A stretch of 52,755 nucleotides of DNA from an uncultured Victivallales bacterium (GTDB lineage Bacteria; Verrucomicrobiota; Kiritimatiellia; UBA8416): positions 1-52,755 of the forward strand of contig CAZZBA010000001.1 of the NCBI GenBank assembly GCA_964652765.1, in the 5' to 3' direction. Below, one piece after another: positions 8,912-16,182 of this stretch. The notes below the pieces were generated by a model. That model did no database searches and was not told where the DNA came from. It saw nothing but the letters and a program-made list of their open reading frames with translations. Position 1 is the stretch's first letter. The number at the start of each line of letters is the position of its first letter. Made by a program: the position numbers and the translations under genes.

Positions 8912-11026
8912 ATGGAATTCAACGAGCGGGACGACTTCGTACACAATCTACTTTACACCTACTGCCGTTGGTTTTGGCCAGTTGCTGTCTTGTTCGTTTT
9001 CCTGTTTACAAGCGTGTTCGTGATGGCTTGGCTGATCACGCCGGTGTGGGAGGCGAAGACCTATCTGCTCATCGAGCCCACCTTGCTGCCCGTGCCGTCC
9101 CGCTTCGCGGATCCCATGCGGCCCAAGCAGGAACGCCTCGATGCCGCCTACGCGTACCAGGCGGCACAGATTCTGGAAGGCAAGGAAATGGCGTTGTCCG
9201 TCGTGGATGCGTTTCATCTGGACGAGAGGTTGCGGCGCAAGAGCGAAGAACCGAGCGGTTCGCGAGAGCGCGTGCAAGCGGGCATCGCGTCCGTGTTGGA
9301 AGGTGTTATCAGCGGCGTCATGTGGGTGCTGCGCGTGGAGTCCGAGCAGAAGGATCCCGCCTGGCGGGACAAGGCGGCGCGCGGTTTCTACGATGGCCTC
9401 TTCGCATGGATTGCGGCAAAGCCAGTCAACGATACCGACATTTTGGAAATGGTGGTCATGGGCGACAAGCCCAGTGTGGCCAATGAGATTTCCGAATTCA
9501 TGGTCGAGCGGCTGCGCGAGCAACTGACGCTGACCGCACGCGCGGCAGGTCTGGATGCGATCTCGGGTTTGGAGCGGCAACTGGTAGGTGTTCTGGAGCT
9601 TCATGCAGAGGCCGAAATCGCCCTGCAAAGCTTTGTAGAGACGAACGGGGGTGTTGATCCGGAGGGGCAAATCCAGCTGAAATCCGTGGAACGGGAGACG
9701 TTGCAATCGCAGCACGACCGCCTGCGTGCAGAGCGGGGCGAACTGGAGCGGCAGATAGCGCAATTACCCGGGTTGAAGGGTATGCCCGCGCTTTCCGAGA
9801 GGTTGCTTCGCAGTGATGTGGTGCGCCAGTTGCGGGCTAACTTGCACGACTTGCTGCTCAATCGGGCCTCTCTGATCGGCGAATTGACGGAGGCGCACCC
9901 GGAGGTGGCCGATGTCGAGAATAGGATACAGTGGATTGTGGTCGGACTTGGGCACGAGATCCGGTCGAGCCTGGCAACAGTGGAGGCCGAATTCCGTCAT
10001 GCCGAGGAGCAGCTCGTGCTGCTGGATCGGGATTTGAGGGAGCTGACGCGCATGCAGTTGGAGTATTCCCGGCTGGTCTCCGAGCGGGATCGGTGGCAGT
10101 CCATGCGCCGTGAACTTCAATCCCACGTGGATATGCTGCGCGTATCGGTGATGTCGGGAGTCAGCCCGATGTCGGTGAAGGTAGTTGATCGCATGCGGGT
10201 TTCCGACGTGAAGGGCTGCGATATGCCGAGTTGGGTGATCGTGGCCATTCTGGCAATTCTTTTCGCATGCGGCGGATCGGTTGTGCTGCCTCCGTTTATC
10301 GAGTACTGGCGCGATCCCATCCGTGGTCCTGTGGATCTGCGGCGCAACGGGATGGTACCGCTGGTGGTTATTCCCGCTGCCGGATCTTTCGTGGGCAAGT
10401 GGCTCAAACGTCTTGTGCGCCGGAATATCGTGCATGGGGTAGATCCTTGCGACGTGGGGTCCCGTTGGCATGACCTGGCGGCCACGCTGGTGCTTGCCTC
10501 GCGCGAGAAGGGGGCGAAGTACTGCGTGGTGATGACCGGTGTCAGAGCCCGCGAGAGTCGCACTCGGATATGCGAGCACGTGGTTTCTCAGGCGGCTTCC
10601 ATGGGATGCCGCTCGGTCCTGCTCTCGGTGAGGTCGCCGGAGCCTGGTGCGTGGCCTTCGCTCGACCGCTTGGAGGTGCCCCATGAGTGCGGTCAGGGTG
10701 TCTCCCCTGCCTTCTCACGGCTTTGCCTGCCGGAGTTCTTTGGCGCACTGCCTCGTTGCGGTAGCTCGCCCGCCGACTGGGTGTCGGATTTCGATCTGAT
10801 GGTGATCGACGCTCCGGATGCAGGCAAACAGTTGCAGACCTATCTGGCGGAACGTAGCGACGGCGTGGTGCTCGTCGTGGATAGCAGGGTCCAGTCCCTT
10901 ACCGAGGTGGCGTCTCACTTCCGTGCGATGGATGCGAGTGTGAAACGAACGCTTGGGGTGATACTGAACCGTCACTCATCCCCGCTGCCTGCGTGGCTGG
11001 ACCGCTGGGGCGACCGCCCCGTGTAG
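8912..11026 (+). CDS. Polysaccharide co-polymerase (Wzz/Wzc/GumC-like chain-length determinant) with a degenerate C-terminal P-loop (BY-kinase-like) domain
   Basis: Start at MEFNERDD (ATG 8912), after the wza-like stop. There is an N-terminal TM helix plus Wzz-type 'ITPVWEAKTYLLIEP', a long coiled-coil periplasmic region, and a second TM helix. The C-terminal domain keeps a Walker-B-like 'DLMVIDAPD', but the Walker A position reads 'VVMTGVRARESRT', and there is no terminal Tyr cluster. Confidence 0.75.
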   Translation: MEFNERDDFVHNLLYTYCRWFWPVAVLFVFLFTSVFVMAWLITPVWEAKTYLLIEPTLLPVPSRFADPMRPKQERLDAAYAYQAAQILEGKEMALSVVDAFHLDERLRRKSEEPSGSRERVQAGIASVLEGVISGVMWVLRVESEQKDPAWRDKAARGFYDGLFAWIAAKPVNDTDILEMVVMGDKPSVANEISEFMVERLREQLTLTARAAGLDAISGLERQLVGVLELHAEAEIALQSFVETNGGVDPEGQIQLKSVERETLQSQHDRLRAERGELERQIAQLPGLKGMPALSERLLRSDVVRQLRANLHDLLLNRASLIGELTEAHPEVADVENRIQWIVVGLGHEIRSSLATVEAEFRHAEEQLVLLDRDLRELTRMQLEYSRLVSERDRWQSMRRELQSHVDMLRVSVMSGVSPMSVKVVDRMRVSDVKGCDMPSWVIVAILAILFACGGSVVLPPFIEYWRDPIRGPVDLRRNGMVPLVVIPAAGSFVGKWLKRLVRRNIVHGVDPCDVGSRWHDLAATLVLASREKGAKYCVVMTGVRARESRTRICEHVVSQAASMGCRSVLLSVRSPEPGAWPSLDRLEVPHECGQGVSPAFSRLCLPEFFGALPRCGSSPADWVSDFDLMVIDAPDAGKQLQTYLAERSDGVVLVVDSRVQSLTEVASHFRAMDASVKRTLGVILNRHSSPLPAWLDRWGDRPV

Positions 11027-11030
11027 GGAG

Positions 11031-12560
11031 GTGCGGGTGTTCTTCAGAGGGGATCGCGATGTGATGGAAGGCAGGAAAAGAACACGTTGGCCGCTGTGGC
11101 TCATGGTTCCGCTCTGGCTAGGTCTGGCGGTTATGGTCATGGCCGTGGCTGGCGGGATTGTCTTGTTCCCGCCCCTGTTGGTTGCCGTATTCGGTGGTGT
11201 CCTGTGTGTCGCGCTCCTCTTCCTGAACCCGCTCGTGGGGTTCGGGATTGTGGCCTCGCTGCGGCTCTTCGAGACGGTGCTGCTGTTTGTTCCCGCCGAA
11301 GGTGGCCCGAACAGTCTCCTAAGCACGTTATCTGTGGGCGATGTTCTCTTTCTTGTTCTGGCGGCAGCCTTGGCTTTGCGTGTCTGCCTGCTCAAGGATG
11401 GCGAGACGCTACGTGTTGCCTGCTGCTACGGTCTTTTTTTCTTGCTGTGCGGTTTTCTCTTTGTCCTTTTCGTTCCCGGGTTGATTCATGTTCGTTCCTC
11501 CATCAAAGGGCTCGCCTATATCCTGCGGACGGTGGATCCCATGGCCGGCGCCGCCATGGCGCTACTCTTGATCCGCCGGAGGGAGGATCTCTACCTAGTC
11601 GCCCGGATCATGCTGCCGGCGCTAGTGATCACCGCTCTCTGGGGCTGGTACGAGGCGTTCACCGGGACGTATATTCTGGAACAGATGGGGCGCGAGATAT
11701 CAGAAGCGGCCACCAGCAGTGCCGCGGCTGGGTCGTTCCGGGCGATCGGACCGGAGGGTGACGCGGTCTACTACTCGGTCATGCTTGTCTTCGGAATGGC
11801 CATGTCGCTGGTTGTCGTGGAGCATGCGCGCTCCGGTCTGATGCGCGTCTACGGGATCCTGACTCTCTTGCTCTGCGGGGCGACGGTTCTGCCCACCGGA
11901 TCGCGCGCCGGTTTGCTCGCCGTCTTCTTACTAATGGGTGTCTACTTCGTATTCGCACGGATTCGGGGTAAGCGCGCGTTCCTGCTGGTCGTTCTGCTGC
12001 TCTCGGGCACCGGGGTGACCATCTACTCGGTGACCATCTCGGCCGCGTCTGTCGGGCGGCTGGTGAGCATGGGGGGGGAGCAGGACAAGTCGACGGAGCA
12101 CCGCTTGGGTTTCTACAGCCAGTGCCTGCGCATGGCAGGGGACAGCCCTCTGGTCGGGGTCGGTCACGGTCATTTCAGCAGTCTTCAGGTGCGCTACTTC
12201 GACAGGCGGACGCCGAGGGCACCCTATTTTCCCCATTCGGCGTACCTTCAGGTGCTGGCAGAGGACGGGTTTTTCGCGCTTGTGGTCTATTTGTCGATTT
12301 ACGCTGCATGTGGCCTGCCGCTTTTGTCTGCCGCGCTTAAGTTGCGCACGGCTCCTGACCGCAATGTTGCCGGCATCATGTTGGGATTGCTGCTGGCAAT
12401 GGCGTTTTGCGCGACCAATACGAACATGCTGGAGAACCAGTGGAAATGGTTTTCGTTTGCGCTAGCTCTGATCGTCGCCCGCGTCTACGATGATCCGTCC
12501 CCTGATGTGACAATCGCCGCGGTTGATTTGCGGATACCTGGCTTGAAGGAGATCTCGTGA
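11031..12560 (+). CDS. O-antigen ligase / Wzy-like polysaccharide polymerase family membrane protein
   Basis: About 10-12 predicted TM helices, with a Wzy_C-like stretch 'LPTGSRAGLLAVFLLMGVYF' followed by a periplasmic loop ('HRLGFYSQCLRMAGDSPLVGVGHGHF'). The exact start is uncertain (GTG 11031/11037 or ATG 11064). Confidence 0.7.
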   Translation: MRVFFRGDRDVMEGRKRTRWPLWLMVPLWLGLAVMVMAVAGGIVLFPPLLVAVFGGVLCVALLFLNPLVGFGIVASLRLFETVLLFVPAEGGPNSLLSTLSVGDVLFLVLAAALALRVCLLKDGETLRVACCYGLFFLLCGFLFVLFVPGLIHVRSSIKGLAYILRTVDPMAGAAMALLLIRRREDLYLVARIMLPALVITALWGWYEAFTGTYILEQMGREISEAATSSAAAGSFRAIGPEGDAVYYSVMLVFGMAMSLVVVEHARSGLMRVYGILTLLLCGATVLPTGSRAGLLAVFLLMGVYFVFARIRGKRAFLLVVLLLSGTGVTIYSVTISAASVGRLVSMGGEQDKSTEHRLGFYSQCLRMAGDSPLVGVGHGHFSSLQVRYFDRRTPRAPYFPHSAYLQVLAEDGFFALVVYLSIYAACGLPLLSAALKLRTAPDRNVAGIMLGLLLAMAFCATNTNMLENQWKWFSFALALIVARVYDDPSPDVTIAAVDLRIPGLKEIS

Positions 12561-13702
12561 ACGTTTTGCTTGTTGGTCCGGGTGACGTGTTTGGCGGAGT
12601 TGAAACCCATATCGCGTCCCTGATCGAGGGGGCGGGCGCTGCTGGAATCAATTATCAGTTAGCCAAACTGGGAGAGGCGTGGGAACCGATGCCGGTTAAG
12701 ACCCATTTGTTGCGCAAGCGTTTTCGAGGAGATATCAGGATTGTTTTTAAATTAGCGAGTATTCTCAAGCGCGAGTCGATCGACGTCATGCATACGCATA
12801 TGCCAGGGGCTGATCTTTACGGACGGCTCGCCGCTCTGTTGGTTCCGCACGTGGGGGTAGTGACCACGCTCCATTTCAGTTGCAGCGGGGGTGTTATGCC
12901 TTTGGGTAGAGAGAAACCAAACTGGATCGACGAGTTTGTCCTTTGGACAGATCTGGCGATGGCGCATCTCTCCGACAGGATCATCACGCCGAACGAGGGC
13001 ATGCGCGCCTCACTTTCGCGCGTTGGCGTTAAAGGTGCCAAGGTCGTGACCGTCAGGCACGGTGTGGATCTGGAACGTCTTTGCAACAACCGGGAGGCGG
13101 GGGCGCGGATGCGACGAGAATGGGGGTTGCCCGCCGATGCTGTGGTTGCTGGAACGTTGGGCCGAATGGCTCCGGTTAAGAACTACGGGCTGTTTTTGAG
13201 GGCGATCAAGCCGGTTTTGGAAGCTGATCAGCGGTTGTATGCCGTTCTTATTGGTGACGGGTTGACACGCGCGGCATTGGAGGCGGAGGCGTTTGCGCTT
13301 GGCATTGCCGAACGGGTTCGGTTTCCGGGGTACCAGAAGGATGTTGCGGCTTCGCTTTCCGCGCTGGACATCATGGTAATTTGTTCTAACTCAGAGATGT
13401 CGCCCTATGCGGCATGGGAAGGAATGGCAGTGGGGCGGGCGTTGATCACCACGTCGGTGGGGGCCCTATCCGAGACGATTACGCACGGAGTCGACGGGAT
13501 GCTGGTACCTCCTGGCGAAGAGAGGTCTTTGTCGGCGGCAATAACCGAGTTGGCGTCCGATGATTTGTTGCGCCGAAGAATGGGGCGACGCGCGCGAGAA
13601 ACGGCCGTGAGGAATTTCTCCCGTGATGCGATGATGCGTCGTTTGACCGGTATATATACGGAAGTTATGATTGAGAAACGTGCGCGGCATGCACGTCGCT
13701 GA
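12557..13702 (+). CDS. Glycosyltransferase family 4
   Basis: GTG start overlaps the upstream stop (GTGA). 'MVICSNSEMSPYAAWEGMAVGRALITTSVGALSETITHGVDGMLVPPGE' is the GT4 C-terminal motif. Confidence 0.85.
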   Translation: MNVLLVGPGDVFGGVETHIASLIEGAGAAGINYQLAKLGEAWEPMPVKTHLLRKRFRGDIRIVFKLASILKRESIDVMHTHMPGADLYGRLAALLVPHVGVVTTLHFSCSGGVMPLGREKPNWIDEFVLWTDLAMAHLSDRIITPNEGMRASLSRVGVKGAKVVTVRHGVDLERLCNNREAGARMRREWGLPADAVVAGTLGRMAPVKNYGLFLRAIKPVLEADQRLYAVLIGDGLTRAALEAEAFALGIAERVRFPGYQKDVAASLSALDIMVICSNSEMSPYAAWEGMAVGRALITTSVGALSETITHGVDGMLVPPGEERSLSAAITELASDDLLRRRMGRRARETAVRNFSRDAMMRRLTGIYTEVMIEKRARHARR

Positions 13703-13711
13703 GGTGTTTTT

Positions 13712-14557
13712 ATGGGACAACTTTTTAAATCTGTTGGGTTTTCCTTTTTCAGCCTGTTGGGTGGGGACGGCGCGGTCGGTGGTGTGCCTGTCTTGGCCTT
13801 TCACTCTGTGGATGGCTCGGGGACTTATCTGAGCACGGCGCCTGACCATTTCCGGGCGGAAATGGAACGACTGGCTGAGCGTGGCCTGGCCGGTGTATCG
13901 GTATCGCACGCGGCGGCGCACCTGCGCGAAGGGGATACGTCTGGCAAGATGGTTGTACTCACATTCGACGATGGCCTGGAGAGTTTCGGCGAGCATGCGT
14001 GGCCGGTGCTGCGCGATCTGGGCTTCGGGGCCACGTTGTACGTGCCGGTGGACTGCGTGGGTCGTGACGCGCACTGGTTTCCTGAATACGGGCTGCCCGC
14101 TTTGCGTCTGCATGGCTGGGACGAGCTGCGCCGGCTGCGTGACGAGGGGCTCGACATCCAGAGTCATGGCTGCCGCCACCCCCGGCTCACACGCCTGGAC
14201 GACGCAGGTCTGCGCGACGAGGTTTTTCGTTCCCGTCAGGTGCTTGAGCGCGAGCTGGGGATTTCCGTGAAGCACTTCTGCTATCCGTTCGGCGATTATG
14301 ATGGCCGCGTGATGGAGCAGGTGCGTGCGTGCGGGTATCTGACCGCCGTGACAACCGACCCCGGGTATTGGCAGCCCGGGGCGGACCCTCTGGCCGTTCG
14401 ACGTCTATGCCTCGATTGGATTACGGTACAAGATTGCGCATTTGCGAAGCGGGTTATCGATGCCTGCCTGGATGGGAGCTTTCCCAGGTATGTCAAGGTG
14501 CGCGACCGCATGCGTGCCATGGTCGGCATGAAATGGGAGCCGCCTAGTGGAAAATGA
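13712..14557 (+). CDS. Polysaccharide deacetylase (NodB homology / CE4)
   Basis: Motif 1 'VLTFDDGLES', a His motif 'QSHGCRHPRL', and 'HFCYPFGDYD'. There is an N-terminal hydrophobic segment. Confidence 0.85.
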   Translation: MGQLFKSVGFSFFSLLGGDGAVGGVPVLAFHSVDGSGTYLSTAPDHFRAEMERLAERGLAGVSVSHAAAHLREGDTSGKMVVLTFDDGLESFGEHAWPVLRDLGFGATLYVPVDCVGRDAHWFPEYGLPALRLHGWDELRRLRDEGLDIQSHGCRHPRLTRLDDAGLRDEVFRSRQVLERELGISVKHFCYPFGDYDGRVMEQVRACGYLTAVTTDPGYWQPGADPLAVRRLCLDWITVQDCAFAKRVIDACLDGSFPRYVKVRDRMRAMVGMKWEPPSGK

Positions 14558-16139
14558 CCGGAAAGGGAAGGTCCGTGGTGTCGTTCGTGGTACGGCCGTG
14601 CTCATGCTGGCGCGTGTTGCCATGATGCTCATGGGAATGGTTCAGACGATTCTGATCGCCCGCTGGTTCGGGGCCTCGTTCATGGTTGACGTCTTTTTTG
14701 TCGCGATGGTGGTCCCTGTTTTATTTCTGGGGGTAATGGAAACCAACTTAAGCCTGGCGTTTACTCCGTTGTTCGTCGAACTGGAAGAGTCGGAGAAACC
14801 TGATGATGCGTGGGTATTGGCGGCCACGCTGATGAAACGGGGTGCGCTGCTGGTGGGAATCTATTCGGCGGTTTCTCTACTGTTTGCATCGCCACTGGCG
14901 TCTATGCTTGCACCTGGATTCACGCCGCAAGCGCATCTTGAGCTGATTCGCATGATTCGTATCCTGTCGCCGCTGGGTCTGCTCATGTTTATCAGTGCAA
15001 CCCTGGCGTCTCTTTGTTTTGTCAGCGGAGCCTTCGTCCTTCCAGGGTTGACGTATCTGGTGAACGCGGGTTGTCCCTTGCTGGCATTGTTATTGTGGCA
15101 CCGCACCCTCGGCGTCTATGCGTTGCCTGTCGGGCTGCTGACCGGTTCGGTTCTGGGTGTGCTGATGTTGTTGCCGCGCTTTGGCTGGCGTCATCCGGTG
15201 TTCCGCACACCGACCAACATGAAACATCCCGCTGTGCGTGTATTCGGCAAGTCGATGGCGTTGCGGACGGCGGCTTCTTCATTGATGCAAGTGAATGTAG
15301 TGGTGGACGGTGCGTTTGCCTCGACCTTGGCGCCCGGCCATGTGGCATATCTTGCCTATGCCAGCCGGATCCTGTTGGCGTTGCGGCGCTTGGTGATGTT
15401 TCCGATGGGCCGGAGTCTGATGCCTACGCTTTCGCGGGCTGTTGCCCGAGGCGATTACGGCACGATCCAGCGCATCATTACCGGGGCCACCCGCCTGCTG
15501 GGGTTGTGTATTATTCCGGTATTCGGCTTTGTAATCGCCTTCAGCGAAGACATCGTGCGGATCATATTTGCGTCGGGTGCGTTCTCCGATGACGCCGTGC
15601 ATTTTACGTCGATCGCCCTGACGTTCTATGCGCTGGGTGCCTTCTCGGCGGTCCTGAATCCGGTTCTGACGGCGACGCACTTTGCGTTTCGCGATTCGAT
15701 CTCGCCCCTCAAGATCTCGCTTTTTGGCGCGGTGCTGAATGTAGTCCTGAATGCCATCGGCATCCGGCTTTTATCCTCGGGTGGAATTGCTTTAGCCACC
15801 TCACTGGTGATGACGGTGACCAGCGTGATGTTGTGGCGCAGCGTCGGCAGGATGAGTGGAAATCCAGACCTGCGAGTCGTGGTGCTTTCAGTTGGCAGGG
15901 TGCTTTTCGGTACCTTGGTGATGGTGATCGTCTCACGCGGCGTGTATGGTCTGGTGCCGTTTCCAGGCGGAGTCCATCCTGTTCTCTCGCTGCTCACGGC
16001 TTTTGTGTCGGGCGGTGCGGTCTATGCGGTGCTTCAGGTGGCATTGGGCTGGAAAGAGTTGCGGCAATTGCGCGGCATATTAAAGGCAAGCGGTCGGAGG
16101 AAGGGCACCACGCCACCAGTGGAATCAGCCGAGAACTGA
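14547..16139 (+). CDS. MurJ/MviN-family (MOP superfamily) lipid-linked oligosaccharide flippase
   Basis: About 14 TM helices. The MurJ-like N-terminus reads 'GTAVLMLARVAMMLMGMVQTILIARWFGASFMVDVFFVAMVVP'. The GTG start overlaps the end of the deacetylase gene. Confidence 0.8.
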   Translation: MENDRKGKVRGVVRGTAVLMLARVAMMLMGMVQTILIARWFGASFMVDVFFVAMVVPVLFLGVMETNLSLAFTPLFVELEESEKPDDAWVLAATLMKRGALLVGIYSAVSLLFASPLASMLAPGFTPQAHLELIRMIRILSPLGLLMFISATLASLCFVSGAFVLPGLTYLVNAGCPLLALLLWHRTLGVYALPVGLLTGSVLGVLMLLPRFGWRHPVFRTPTNMKHPAVRVFGKSMALRTAASSLMQVNVVVDGAFASTLAPGHVAYLAYASRILLALRRLVMFPMGRSLMPTLSRAVARGDYGTIQRIITGATRLLGLCIIPVFGFVIAFSEDIVRIIFASGAFSDDAVHFTSIALTFYALGAFSAVLNPVLTATHFAFRDSISPLKISLFGAVLNVVLNAIGIRLLSSGGIALATSLVMTVTSVMLWRSVGRMSGNPDLRVVVLSVGRVLFGTLVMVIVSRGVYGLVPFPGGVHPVLSLLTAFVSGGAVYAVLQVALGWKELRQLRGILKASGRRKGTTPPVESAEN

Positions 16140-16182
16140 AAATCGTCCAATGTGCATCCCATGCCTGCGCTTGGATAAGCGG

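Noticed and set aside
8948-10684. Two long minus-strand ORFs (271 aa and 306 aa) opposite the co-polymerase gene.
   Set aside because: They are antisense to a CDS with clear Wzz/PCP features. Their products are His/Arg/Gln-rich with no motifs.
13466-14275. 269-aa minus-strand ORF spanning the GT4/deacetylase junction.
   Set aside because: It is antisense to two motif-supported plus-strand genes and shows no recognisable domain.
16140-16182. Possible bidirectional terminator in the 43-nt gap between the convergent flippase and megasynthase genes.
   Set aside because: Only 4-5-bp inverted repeats are present (e.g. GCAT...ATGC), with no U-tract. This is too weak to call.
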